Source: Octopus vulgaris (Eukaryota). Taken from it: a DNA stretch of 64,000 nt. Position numbers and translations under genes: made by a program. Shown one piece after another: positions 27,851 to 41,609 of the stretch. The notes under the pieces were generated by a model. It had not been told where the DNA came from. It saw only the letters and a program-made list of their open reading frames with translations, and did no database searches. Numbering within the stretch: the first letter of the stretch is position 1; every line of letters begins with the position of its first letter. Location: NCBI GenBank assembly GCA_951406725.2, contig OX597828.1, positions 32,426,001 through 32,490,000 on the forward strand, read 5' to 3'.

Positions 27851-30275
27851 TTAAAAATGCTAGGTAAATTGTAATTGAAGAAATCCTATATTGTAGATTT
27901 CTATAAGAGACAAAGGGAGGCAGATAAAATCTGCCTTTTATAACAAGAGATATATATGTACAGGATGTCCCGAAGGGCTTAAATAACATCGGGTAGATAA
28001 AGAACAAAAAGCAAAATAGAAAACAGGACAGATAAACGCAGAGAAAGAACCCTTCATCAGTTGTCATCCGTCTATCTACTCCTCATTTCGAGCATTCAAC
28101 GACAATATGAGTCCAGAGAAAGTTGCTCTGTAATAAAATTGAGGATTTATGGAAGTCAAAGTTGGGAACAAAAAGATGACAGTGGATATATACAAGGAAA
28201 CCGAACGAAAACAAACATGGAGGGTCGTTAGACCAGAACGAGGAGAAAATAGTCAACGCTGGGAGAAATATGTTGTTTTGGAAAAAGAAAAGATAGAAGA
28301 GAGAGAGAAAAATACGTCCGTTCTAGCAGAGAAAGATGGCCGCATGAGGAAAATAAAGATAGATGTTCAAGTTTGAGCAACGAAGGAGAGAGAGAAAAAG
28401 GGAAAGATGGGGAGAGGGAGGGACGGATAGAAAACGGTGCAGGAGAGAGAGAGGAGAAAAAGTGAATTAGATAAGGATGGAGAAAGAAATGCGCCAGTTC
28501 ATTGTAGAAAAGGTTTCAATTCTGAGTTGTCAATATTAGATTACTTTCGCCATTCCTAGTATTTGGAACTACACGTATTACAATGATTCAGTATTTCCGC
28601 ATGAAAATTATATGGCATTAGTTTATAATCGAATAACCTGAAAAGAATAAAGCCTGAGCCATTGTCAGCATTAATTTTTTTTTTTCTTTTGTATTATTTT
28701 GTTTCGATTCTTACAATAGTATTTTATATATAGTAATCCAAAACATATATTAGTTTTTCTGATAAGGCGTTTACAGTTTGGAGATGAAAATTTCATCTTC
28801 CTAACACAAACTGAACTAGTGGTATATTGCAAATCAATTCTAATCTTAATGGTTTAACAGATAAAAGGCTGAAACACTACAACTTAATAAATCATGGTTT
28901 TTATCACTATTTTCATTTGTTCTTTTAACTTTTCGATCTCAAAGTTGCTTTTCAAAAACAAATCCCCCGATTTTCTGAATTTTCAGAAGGCCAACTAAAA
29001 TATTAAATCATTGAAGTAACAGCAACATGTCAAAAGCACTGCTAATCTGCGCAGTTTGTATTATCTGACAGCCCTCGACGACGGCCCTCTCCGTGCGTAG
29101 ATAAATAATTTGGTTTAGGAAAAACTACGTTGCTTTTCTTTTCTTTTTTCTTGTGAGGATCATAAGAGCATTCATTTCAATAAGATAATATGTATACATC
29201 AGAAACATGAAACTTCATAAATTTTATACAAAATTGTGTGAGGTTATCAAACAGCCTTAAATAAGGAATATTTTCCTAAACTGCACATTTTGGTTTTCTA
29301 TTGTTTTAAAATATCGTTAGCATAACGCATCAAGATAACATCATAAACAGTGTTTAATAATAATTAATAATACTAATTAAATAGTGTCGTTCACTTAACT
29401 TACTTTTATCAATGATTCAGAATAATTAATAATTTTATAATGAATTGCGAAAAAAGGTGAAAATATATGAGCATTAAAATATTTTTGCAATATCCTAATC
29501 GCAATCAAATGTCCTCAGTGAAGAATAATAATTACCTCGCAGATTCGCCAGAGAATTTAAATATGAGCAAGTTTGAACATTTATATTTATTATATCGTGT
29601 ATTTTTAGAATCTTATGTGTAAATATTTCGTTTCGCAAATTTGAGGGCGACATATTCGTTGTTTACAACATTAGTTGTCACGAAGACTGCTGTTAGTAAC
29701 AGTTTGCAACTTGTCACACCTACGTTTTTCATGTTCGGCGTTAGTCACATACGCTGTCTCTTCCATTCACACGCATACAGACATACTGTTAACACGGTTT
29801 TGAACTTTTAAGAATCACATGCTAAGCACGCATCGTCTACAAATAACCTCAGTAGCTTCTATTAGAACAGAATTGCCTGTTTGCATTGATAAATCTAAAA
29901 CGTCTATGAATGCAGTCTTGCTATTGACATCAAAAGCAAAATGCTTACAAATTTCCAGTAAACAAAGAAAAAAAAAGTCAACAGCAAAACTAGCTTCGTC
30001 AGAAAGACTGCTACAGCATGAAAACTCTACAGGTTAGCACTAATGATATCAGACTATATCTACATATACTGTCATAAAAATTTATTAAAATAACAACTGC
30101 TACGTCTGTCAGAATCAAGCATTGAGATACACAGACAAACCAATCACACGTTTCTGTAGCTTAATTGTAATTTTTTTTTCAGGAATCTGTCTGCCAATAC
30201 TACGTTCAATGTATCAGCTGAGTTATCTTCCGCTTTGTTTGCACTCTCTTTCTCCTCTCTCCCGCGCTCTCCCCA

Positions 30276-30329
<54 letters not shown>

Positions 30330-30332
<3 letters not shown>

Positions 30333-31320
30333 CTTTATTCTTTTATATATTTCATCCCTGAGGTTGCAGCCATGCTGGGGCATCGCCAATGTAATCACCT
30401 TTTAATTGGCCAATTCTATGAGACTTTGGTGAAGGAGGGAGTTCGATACCGCTGCCCGCTTTCACTTTCCTGCCCTGATATCGGTTCATCTGGGATCTTG
30501 GATAGCAAGAGGTCAAGTTGTTTCTTGATAACATCTACTCCTACTCCATGGAGATCTCTCAGATATTTTGGCAATGAGTTAAATATATGTGGGCTCTTGA
30601 ATCGCAAGCTATTGCAGTATATGGTCCTCGCCTTAGATGAGGCAGCTCCGATTTTGCAACAGTGCAGTGACTTCCACTCCGAGGTCTGGTATAACTCTTA
30701 ACTCCAAAGTTTTGTGCCAGCCCCTCCAGTATCTTCCACACGTATGCCACTGCATACTTCTCCCGTCTTTGCTCCAGAGATTACAGTCGTAGGTATTTCA
30801 GCCTCTCCGAGTAGTTCAACTGTTTCTTTGATGCAATCTTCCTCGTGTAGTATCGCTATTATCGTGTAGCTCTTCTATTAATCCTACAGTGTAACCACGG
30901 TTGAGAGCAGTACTCCAGACGGCATAGGATCAGAATAGTTTCCTGATCCCTCGTTCTAAATGTTCTAAGAATCCATCCGACCATTCCCTTGCACACTGCC
31001 ACCATATTGGTGATATGCATGTGAAACGAGGCGTTGTTAATCATATCAATCCCAAGATCACTACCATATGTGATGCTAGGAGTACCGCTCATTTTGGTCC
31101 AAACTATTGTTGTTGGGATTTCTGAGGACCAATTAGCTGCTTGTAATTTGCGTGCATTAAATTGCATGTTGTTGTCTTCAGCCCATTTAGAGATGGCATT
31201 TAGGTCATTCTGTAGTAGATTCGTATTGTCTTTGAGAGTTTGCACTATTTTTGTGTCGTCAGCATAGCTACTAAGTGCTGCTGTCTTTTTAACTGATGGC
31301 ATGTCTGTAAGAGCCATGAT
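30330..31320 (-). mobile_element. 5'-truncated CR1-group LINE (RT C-terminus plus 3' tail)
   Basis: YADDTKI..LQNDLNAISKWAEDNNMQFN, RLEYCSQPW, YVWKILEG and FNSLPKYLRD..KKQLDLLLSKIPDEP, with frameshifts. The 3' tail lies at 30330-30390. Confidence 0.88.
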
Positions 31321-31861
31321 ATAAATATATATATATAATTAAATTAAATGGTAGTTCGATCCGAATGAAGCTAGTACTGAAAGTTGGTAATCTTTGAGCA
31401 TACACACAGCTAGTATAGGTGACAAAAAATAAAGAAAGTTTAATAAATGTTGTATGTTATAGAATTCTTCCCATGTGGGAATAAGTGTAAGCTTCAGTAA
31501 GATGACCGTCACTATACAACCCATGGTTTAGCAATAAACTTGTCCAAATATGCAGCAAATTCCAACTGTGTTAGGAATGGAATAATAAATCAAGATCTCA
31601 CTTGTTTCACAGCTAATCAAAATGTGTTAGACGATTGTAGCAAGCACAAAACCCGTTTAACTAAAAGTCATGTCCGATTACTCTTTTGTTGTGCACCTCC
31701 TCGTGTGGAGACCAGTAAATGATTATTTTAGCCACAGTACAAATGGCAAGTTGAACAAATAAAACCAAACAGCCAATAAGGTTAAATAATATTAGCATAC
31801 AAGTAATCATACACATACACATATATATAGGAGCGTGTGTATAGTTTAATAAAATACAGAA

Positions 31862-32249
31862 TTGCTGTGTGGTAAATAGCTTGCTTACCAACCACATTGT
31901 TCCGGGTTCAGTCCCACTACGTGGAACATTCGACGAGTTTCTTCTACTATAGCCTCGAGCCAACCAAAGCCTTGTGAGTGGATCTGGTAGAGGGAAACTG
32001 AAAGAAGCCCGTCTTATATATATGTGTGTTAGTATGTGTTTGTGAGTCTGTTTCACAACCATCGTTTGACAACCGTTGTTGGTGTGCTTACGTCCCCGTA
32101 ACTTATTCTATCGGCACAAGAGACCGATAGAATAAGTGCTAGGTTTAACAAAGAATAAGCGGGGTCTATTTATTCGACAACAGGCAATAATCCAGCATGG
32201 CCGCAGTCAAATGACAGAAACAAGTAAAAGAATAGAAGAATAAAAGAAT
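31862..32249 (+). mobile_element. SINE family 1, near full-length copy
   Basis: Colinear with 44589-44988. Confidence 0.88.
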
Positions 32250-32394
32250 GCCTTTATATGTGCATGCATACGTTCATACATAGATATATACATACATACA
32301 TACACACATACATCTCTGAGCTTCCATCTCGTGTACGATACTACAAAGTATCATTGAGTCCGGCGAAAGTTTTGCACATTCTATTACTTATAAA

Positions 32395-32508
32395 CATACA
32401 AAAAAAAATATCCTGTTGTTGATGCTGAAATTCCAATGAAGGAACCATGTATCTAGGTTAAAAACCGGTTTGTTCTCTTTTAGCAAGAAATCTTGAAATA
32501 AACTGAAT
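32395..32508 (+). mobile_element. 3' UTR fragment of the same (CATA)n-associated RLE element
   Basis: cctgttgttgatgctgaaattccaatgaaggaacc...aataaactgaa followed by (TACA)n. Confidence 0.75.
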
Positions 32509-32929
32509 ACATACATACATACATACATACATACATACATACATACATAGAGACAGACAGACAGACGGACAGACAGATAGACAGACAAATAGACAGAGAG
32601 ACAGGCATGGGAAGGTGGATAACTGGTGGGGATATTAAAAGGAGGAGTTCGATTCTATGGATACGTATTCGGCCGTCATATCCAAGTGGATTTCAAGTTA
32701 CAACAGTATGTATTATATTATCTAATATATGTAATTTACTTCTTAAAATTATAAAGCCATAATTTGATTCAAAACAACATTTTGTATTCTATTCAAGAAA
32801 AATAAAAAGAGAACAGGCCGTAAGTAAAACTAAACAGCGATAACTAATATATTGTTTACAGCATTTGAATTACCATAAATAGCACAAGAGATTTTCAGAC
32901 TTCTTTAGGTCTAGCGAAAATTTCTCTCG

Positions 32930-32983
<54 letters not shown>

Positions 32984-32990
32984 CAAAAAT

Positions 32991-33021
<31 letters not shown>

Positions 33022-33059
33022 GTCAAAAATTGTGAAGCATGACTGTCAACACTACTACA

Positions 33060-33104
33060 TGAACCCGAAGATTGCAGAATTCAATGCATGAAAGTACTAG
33101 TTCA
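33060..33104 (+). ncRNA. Minimal type I hammerhead ribozyme motif
   Basis: UGAAC-CCGAAGA-U-UGCA(gaauucaa)UGCA-U-GAAA-GUAC-UA-GUUCA. It has a 5-bp stem I and a palindromic AGUACU stem III, and lies about 40 bp from a (TA)n tract. Confidence 0.7.
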
Positions 33105-33284
33105 ATCAGAATGAATATTTAACATTCTACTATTTCATTTTATTTTATTCAATTATAATATATTATCTTATAATATATCATTATAAGATTGTAAATAAAA
33201 CGTGAAAATCAGACAAGGTTGGAATTCTTTTTATTAATATATTCTTCTATACACAAACACACACACCCATATATATATCTATCT

Positions 33285-33389
<105 letters not shown>

Positions 33390-33529
33390 GTATATATATG
33401 TATATATATATGTGTGTATATATATATGTGTATATATGTATGTATGTATATATATATATATATAATATATATATCCAAACATACATATATACATACATAT
33501 AAATATATATACACACATATATATATATA

Positions 33530-33845
33530 TTCTTGTAGTTGTCTCAGTCATTTCAGTGCGGCCATACCGGAGCACCTCATTGAACATTTAGTGGAAAGTA
33601 TCAATCCCAGTACTTTTCCTTTTGCGCCTGGTACTTACTCTATATTTTGCCGAACCGCTAAGTTACGGGGACGTAAGCCCACCACCATCGGTAGTCAAGC
33701 AATGGTGGGGGACAAATACAAGCAGAAAGATACATCCTCACGCTCGCGCACACGCACACACACAGATACAGAAACACATATACATATATACAGACATATA
33801 TAGGACGGACTTCATTCAGTATCCGTTTACCAAATTTACTTCCAT
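33530..33845 (-). mobile_element. SINE family 1, reverse copy
   Basis: Reverse complement of tail and body. Similar reverse copies lie at ~11040-11135, ~19270-19500, 34166-34370 and 62740-62930. Confidence 0.75.
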
Positions 33846-34165
33846 GGATATACAGCAGAACGCCATAAAACGAGAGTATTTCTCTTGATAAAGGACCTCG
33901 TCTAGGGGTATAGTGCTAAATAACACAGAAATGTATCTGTAGCAGACGAAATTTGGGAATATATATGCATCGGTTCGTGCGAGCGCGATTGCGCGGGTAT
34001 GTGTGCTTGTGTGCTCGTGCGTGTGTTCTTATGTGTATGTGTGTTCTTACGTGTATCTCACTTAACGTGTGTGTTTATATTCCTGGAACGGAACGTGGGG
34101 CTTAGAAAAATCTATAGATACTATTTTTGTGTGTGTATGTATCTATGTATGTATGTGTGTATCTC

Positions 34166-34370
34166 CTTTACTTGTTTCAGTCACCAGATTGCGGCCATGC
34201 TCGAACACCACCTTGAAGTATATTCGGTCGAATAAATCGACTCCTATACACATTTTTGAAAGTCTCGTATTTATTTTCTCGTCGTTATCTGGCATACGGC
34301 TAGGTTTACAGGAACATAACCACACCAGCATAGGTTGTCAAGCAATGGAGGGGTGACAAACACACAGGCA
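34166..34370 (-). mobile_element. SINE family 1, reverse 3' half
   Basis: cttttacttgtttcagtcaccagattgcggccatgctcgaacacc. Confidence 0.75.
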
Positions 34371-34400
34371 CACACACACACACAGATATATACAAATATA

Positions 34401-34479
<79 letters not shown>

Positions 34480-34740
34480 TATATATATATATTTAAGTAG
34501 GTGAATGGATTATCCTAGCATGGAAAATTCGGTTAACCGATACCTGGGTAGTAAATTCACGTCAGAAAACAAAATTTGTGTTCGTCTTGTGGCTGAAAGA
34601 GGCTCCTTATCTTTCCTGATGAGAAGATGGCATAATGCACCATTTATCCCTTCGGAATTAAATCAAAGCCGTCTTCGAAACATGTGTCGGGAGTAAAGGA
34701 ATTTTCTTAAAATCTTCGTTCGACTCCATTCTTTCATTTA

Positions 34741-34804
<64 letters not shown>

Positions 34805-34807
<3 letters not shown>

Positions 34808-35363
34808 AATAATAAAAGGGTAAAATCAATTAATTATTGATTAATAATTTTACCAAGTAGTGTTCAGTATGTAAAAAGACCATTTACGGTATATTAAAAA
34901 CATTACGTTATATAATTAGGGTTCAGTAAAATAATTTACTTTACCACACACCGAACGTTTAGAAATTGCAGTCGTGGGTGGACGAGGGATGATACAAAGC
35001 ATCATTCGTACTTTTTGAATTCGTTAGTACTGCCGGTCGAAGATGGTTTGTCTGGGATTACTCATATCAGACGGGTATGTTCGATTTTTAGTGCTCTCAA
35101 ATTCAAACCTAAAGAAACCTGGGGCTGATGACGGAAATGTTGATCTCTATATCCAACTAATCCAGAAACGGTGTTCTCAAGTAATCGATGCACGTGTGAT
35201 CTTTCGTTATTTTTCCCTCTATACCTGCGTGAATTATTTTTGAGTATACATTGTCTGGGAGACTTTTCTTATAGTAGAGGAAATAGCTAAAATTTTTTTA
35301 CTGCCGAAAAGTTCGGTGTGTGGTAAAGTAAATTATTTTACTGAACCCTAATTATATAACGTA
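34805..35363 (+). mobile_element. Penelope-like relic with inverted terminal segment and degenerate HHR
   Basis: Perfect 53-bp inverted repeat at 34904-34956 and 35311-35363. It starts at (TA)n. Internal uGGGG-CUGAUGA-C-GGA...UCC-A-GAAAC-ggu-GUU-CUCA at 35120-35180. Confidence 0.65.
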
Positions 35364-35913
35364 TCTGGGGCCGGCGTCTTTCTTGGGTTTCTCCTACGCC
35401 TGCCACCGCGGGACAACTTTTCCATCTTTCCCTCAGTTGCAGTTTGTTTCCTTAATACCCCCCTTTTGTACACACACGCACACACATACATACACCCACT
35501 CCCACGCACTCACACACACACTGGCACGTTACATACGCCCCCACGCATTCCCTCCTTCCTCCTTTTACCACTGACCACTCACTTGAGACTGCTATGTCAA
35601 CTACCTTTCGCCCTACGTACACACACTTACATACAGACGCACGCACTAACATATACATATATTTTTTTTATCTCGCCTCACACACACACATACACACAGG
35701 CACACGTACACACTCACACATACATACACATTATTCTTCCTATTCATCGAGTTGTTACCAACCTTCCTTTCTCCGCTCTTTTGTCTTTAAAAACCAGCCC
35801 CTGTTATCCAAAACTTCCGGCCTTTCAGCATGTTTACTTCGTAAAAACCAGTCGCGTTTTTTTTTTCTCCCTCCGTTTGCCCACATCGGCATCTTTCTTT
35901 CTTCCTTCTGTTA

Positions 35914-35949
35914 TGTTTCCGACGAAGAGCTCCGCTCGAAACGTCATAC
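35914..35949 (+). ncRNA. Minimal type I hammerhead ribozyme motif (weak stem I) in a probable PLE 3' end (~35364-36040)
   Basis: guuu-CCGACGA-A-GAGC(ucc)GCUC-GAAA-CG-UC-auac, followed about 90 bp later by (TA)n. Confidence 0.6.
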
Positions 35950-36035
35950 CCTCCTTCTTCCCTTTTTCCTGAGCGCCTAATAATAATACTTTAATTGTTC
36001 CACGTGTTGTTTTTTCTGTTTTCCCGTTTGGATTA

Positions 36036-36100
<65 letters not shown>

Positions 36101-36678
36101 ATATTTGCATTGGGAAAGCACTCCACATCGACAACCGGTGACTGTCACACGTTCATGACGTATCAATACCCACAAAGCCAGGTCCGTGTGCATCACGTCA
36201 GGCTGAAGATGGGATGGATGACTTCGCTTTGCAAATACTCATAAGGCAAAGAAAATGTGTCAATAGCCAGATGGAGGATGTGTCTACCTGGGCTGCAAGC
36301 TGCATTAACATCCAATTTGCATCACATTTACGTGACAAATATATTTCACGATGTGGTGCAGCTATGGTTTATTTATATATATATATATATATATATTTAA
36401 ATGTAAGGTGATTAAAGTCAAAAAATCAATAATGATAGCCAGAAGTAATGCAGTATGATCGTGCCATGCATGAATACTTGATGTGGTTTTAGAGTCAAGT
36501 TTTGACTACTCTCTCTAGCATGGAGGTATCCTTTAGATACCCATAAGTATAATTTTAATAATACATATTACATATATCGTATTTATTCCCATCCTGGCCA
36601 CTTGATATGATCGGTATTTTAAATCACGATCTTATCCTTATTAATATAAATTTATATATATTCACATTATACATACAT

Positions 36679-36764
<86 letters not shown>

Positions 36765-38133
36765 TGTGCTTTCGCACTCATATACACACACATACAAACA
36801 TTCGTATGCTGGTATGTATGTATATAAGGCAAAAATAACGCTTAGTTTCCATAAAGGATTGAGCGACTAGGAAGCTAGGAAATGACAGAGTTACTGTAAC
36901 AAATCGTATTATTCTTGATAAAGTCGAGGAAAAGCTTTACTAGGGATTAGAATATATTGTAAGCGGATGAAATCTTATCAATTTTAGAGGAGTATGCAGA
37001 ATATCTTAAATAATACTTCGGAAATTGAGCTTATCTTTGGAATATACATTGTCACAAAATTCGAAGTAATATCTTTAGTAAAGCTCTAATTTTATTCTGC
37101 TCTGTTATATTAATACATTTTATTTCGATAATTTGTAAAGGGAGGTCTTTTATATTATTCAATTTGTATGATTTTAAATAATTTAATTAGAAGTAACCAC
37201 TTAGAAAACGTTATACAAATATTTCAGATTTCACATGAAAGCGGTCTGCTAAACTTTTCATATTGCTGGTGTCAAGTTAATAGTTTATTTACCAGAATAT
37301 CCACAATACTTGGTTCAATTACGGATTTTTAAAAATAATTTCTATTATCTGGCTTTGCCACTGTTCATCTCCATCGTATCATTTCAGCAGCGTCTCTTCC
37401 CTTTCAATTAGCAACAATCTTTCACTAAGATTAGTCCTCATACTCAATTCTACCCAGGGCCGAATCGTTACATGTTTCCAGGCATTTAGCAAGAGTTTTG
37501 TGAATTTAGACTTAATAAGACTGCACTTAAACCGTTTTACTACAAAACAAATAAATCCTTCGAAAGTCTGTATGTTAATATCTATTTATGCACAACACGG
37601 CAAAAATCGGATTTGGGAACAATTTAACATTATAGAGAGACTAAATGAGAATAATAATGTGAACAGATTATTTCGATGTGATTGCGGTGCTGAAAAAGAG
37701 GAGCGAGTCTCCTGAGAGAACTTGTGTGTTCGTGTGTGCGCGCGAGAATTGAAAACGGTCATTAGAAATGACTAGTGCAGCTTATAGAATGCATTTGAAT
37801 AAAGATAAATATGATATATTATATAAAGAAAAATCAGATGCATTAGAGAGTCTTTTAGATTATCTCCACCTCTAAAACAATCACCTGGAAGCCATTTCGA
37901 TCTTCTTCAGAAGAGATTTCAATCTCAAAAATCAAGAACTCCATAAAATCTCATGTGAGTATGGAAGAAGTTCGCCTGATTGCCTAAAAACACGTTAATC
38001 TGTGGAACCTTGCTTTGACTTAACGTCCGATGCTGGCGTTAAAAGCACACAACATTTTTATAAACTTATAAACTCACAAACTTTTAATTATTAAAGAGAA
38101 AATATTAACAGAAAAGACATTTCTATTTTTTTC

Positions 38134-38200
<67 letters not shown>

Positions 38201-38311
38201 TAGCACAGTTCACCAAAAACTCCGGATCTAAATGTAGGAACAAAGACTAAATATTCCAATATCATATCGAGAATTATATCATCATGCGACGTTTAAACTG
38301 AAGGTAAAAAC

Positions 38312-38592
38312 TCTTTATATATACATGTGAAGTTGTGTGTCTGTCTCCTACGGTTTAAATTCCTAACTACTCCCACAGTTTAACCAAAACCGGGTATCTT
38401 ATAGTCGTGATTCATATCGAGCCCTTCTGGGTATTAGCGCGCGTCTACGATGAGTCTACGATTTTAAAAAAATTATCATCATTTTTTTTCCATTTTAGTG
38501 CATTTTTTTGCTATTTTTGGCTATAACACTCTAAAAATGCTTATATAGTTATTTCCCTTACAAACCCGAGCAACGCCGGGCGATACTGCTAG
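38312..38592 (+). mobile_element. Non-autonomous Helitron (same family as 26301-27140)
   Basis: 5' TCtttatatata; 3' cccgagcaacgccgggcgatactgCTAG|T; shares the gagcccttctgggtattagcgcgcgtctacgatgagtc block. Confidence 0.85.
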
Positions 38593-39326
38593 TGAAATAT
38601 AAGAGAGAGAAATTTGAAAGGAGATTTATGAAAACTGAAAAGTAAGGAAATCGCCAAAGTATATAACATTTTAGCGATAATAGTTTGAGTTCGAAGCAAC
38701 GATAGAAGTGTGTGGCTGACCAAATCGTAGAAGACTGACAAAAACTTTTGGCATTTCATAATACATTGTACTATTCAGATAGAAAAGAAAAGCGAATATA
38801 AAAGTTAATGTGCTTCTGAAATGGATACGATGAATCTACTCCGGCGATACTGTTTCTGTTTCAACACACAGATTCAGATAATATCACTTACCAAACAACT
38901 ACAAGTCTCAAATATAAATTATAAAGTTATAAATGTATACAATATACAATGACTTTCCGGTTTCAAGCATTACATTATACAATAAAATACATCTTATTGT
39001 AAGTAGTTTCTCCCTCCCTATTTTCCACTTTATTCACTATATATTATAACTTTTTTTCTATTAACTCTAATGTTTTATTTATATCCCTGGTTTTATTTTT
39101 TATTCAAGTTTTTCCCATAACTGTACCCAATCTATTTGTCGAATTCGTTCAGCTCTTATTCTGTTTTATTCCATACGTTCCTCTATACGCATTCATGTAT
39201 GTGTGTATGTATGTAAGTATGTATGTATGTATGTACGTATGTATGTCTGTATGTATGTATGTATGTATATATATATATATATGTATTTATAGATAGATAG
39301 ATAGTTATATATATATATATATATAT

Positions 39327-39440
<114 letters not shown>

Positions 39441-39581
39441 CGATCGGTAATGATTTAGAATGAAATCTAATATATTTCAACAAACTTCCCTGTTGAAAAT
39501 CCAATTCATACTTATATATACATACATATACCAATAGATACATACATACATACATACATACACACACAAACACACACACAT

Positions 39582-39652
<71 letters not shown>

Positions 39653-39655
39653 CAG

Positions 39656-39700
<45 letters not shown>

Positions 39701-40730
39701 TATATATATATATGTGTGTGTACGTTTGTATGCATGTATATACATGTATATATGTCGATAAATTGATACGTTTATTCACATACATATGTGCATAAATACT
39801 CTCATATACACATTATTCATAACTCTTTCTCTCATTCTTTTGCCCTCATCTTTACTTTCTTCCTTCTTTCACCTCACTGCTCTTCCTATTTCCATTCTAT
39901 TTTCATTTCTTTTCCTCCAAATTTCAATATATCTCATGCAAAACCCATCTTCTTACAATTATCTATATTACGTTAGAATACATTCACAATGCCGGATTCC
40001 CATACACTCCATATCTCCTTTAGAATTGAATATTTTAAACATACACTGTGTAACTAAGACAAGCACATACACCTACGTGAAACTACACAGTACATATTAT
40101 CTTTTTATACACATTTCCTAAAAATTCTAGACATATTGTTTAATTCTCACCTTTTCAGATATTTTCGTTTTCTGTTCTGCTTTCTCTGTTTATTTATATC
40201 AGGCTTTTGTGAATATATATTATTTGTTTTAAATTTCCATTCCTCGCTATTAACGTAAACATTTTTTCACGAAAACATTCTGTGTTCAAAGTCATTCTCT
40301 CTCACCCTCTCTCATACAAACAAATATAAAAGCAATTAATATTGGTGTGTGGTAGAAAAGAAAAAAAACGAAGATGTGTTAGCAGGAGTGCTGCGTACCC
40401 GATACAGGTATCGTCTGTGTGTGATTATAGAGTGGAAGGTACCATCAGACAAATGTAACAGAATTTTGCCCTAGACAAACGAATGTAACTAGAGACACTT
40501 TGCTTCGAATAAAAAAAATATTTCTGCTAACTCAGCAGTGAAGAAAGTGAAATACCCGCTGCACAGGTTGTTATGTGTGTTTACAAATTTTCTTCGAGAA
40601 TGAGGTTTTCGAACACGCACACACGAACACACACACACACACATACACACACACACAAATATGTATAGATAAATATAGATAGATAGATAGATAGATAGAG
40701 ACAGACAGACATATATATATATATATATAT

Positions 40731-40775
<45 letters not shown>

Positions 40776-40802
40776 CAGACAGATATATATATATATATAT
40801 AT

Positions 40803-40855
<53 letters not shown>

Positions 40856-40958
40856 CATACAGATAGATAGAAAGGTGCAGGTGTAGTTGTACTATAGCCT
40901 CAGGCCGAGCAGAGCATTGTGAGTGGATTTTGTAGACGGAAATTGAAAGACATCCTAC

Positions 40959-41010
<52 letters not shown>

Positions 41011-41014
<4 letters not shown>

Positions 41015-41390
41015 AATATTAGGGAATAAATCCAAATTTACAGGGAAAAAATCAGATTTAGGATTAAATCCAATTTTATAGTAAAATATTATAAAATATT
41101 ATTAGAGACAAAACCACTATTTTGCAAAACAAACAAAGAAACACTTAATCAATACATAAAATTTTAATAAATAGTCAAAAAAACCGCCACTACAATTGTT
41201 TCTTGTCTTGATCGACAATCTTCAGGTGGACTTCCAATAAGTCAGTTTAAATTATGAAGATTGTCGATCAAGACAAGAAACAATTGTAGTGGCGGTTTTT
41301 TTGACTATTTATTAAAATTTTATGTATTGATTAAGTCTTTCTTTGTTTGTTTTGCAAAAATAGTGGTTTTGTCTCTAATAATATTTTATA
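41011..41390. mobile_element. Fold-back element in (TA)n with HHR; probable Penelope-like pseudo-LTR relic
   Basis: Inverted arms 41090-41224 and 41255-41390 (about 3 differences) with a 30-nt spacer, an ~80-nt extension on the left, and (TA)n flanks. Confidence 0.85.
41187..41229 (-). ncRNA. Minimal type I hammerhead ribozyme motif (canonical core)
   Basis: CCAC-CUGAAGA-UUGUC(gaucaa)GACAA-GAAA-CAAUUG-UA-GUGG; all three stems pair perfectly. Confidence 0.85.
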
Positions 41391-41440
41391 TATATATATA
41401 TATATATACATATACATGTGTGTGTATGTGTGTGTGTGAT

Positions 41441-41483
<43 letters not shown>

Positions 41484-41609
41484 GTGTGTGTGTGTGTCTG
41501 TGTGTGATTGTATATATATATATATATATATATATAACGTATAAGTATATATATTTATATATACTTACATATCTACCTATCTACTTACTAACGTATGTAA
41601 GTATATCAC

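Noticed and set aside
28040-28135. Minus-strand CUGAUGA preceded by gcucGAAA (possible type II hammerhead)
   Set aside because: Stems I and III cannot be paired convincingly and no GAAA follows the core.
36478-36523. HHR-like hairpin catg-CTAGAGA-gagt...actc-TAAAAC on the minus strand
   Set aside because: Both conserved boxes are non-canonical, so it cannot be told apart from chance.
37890-37913. CUGAAGAagaucGAAA on the minus strand
   Set aside because: There is no room for stem II and no stem I or III pairing.
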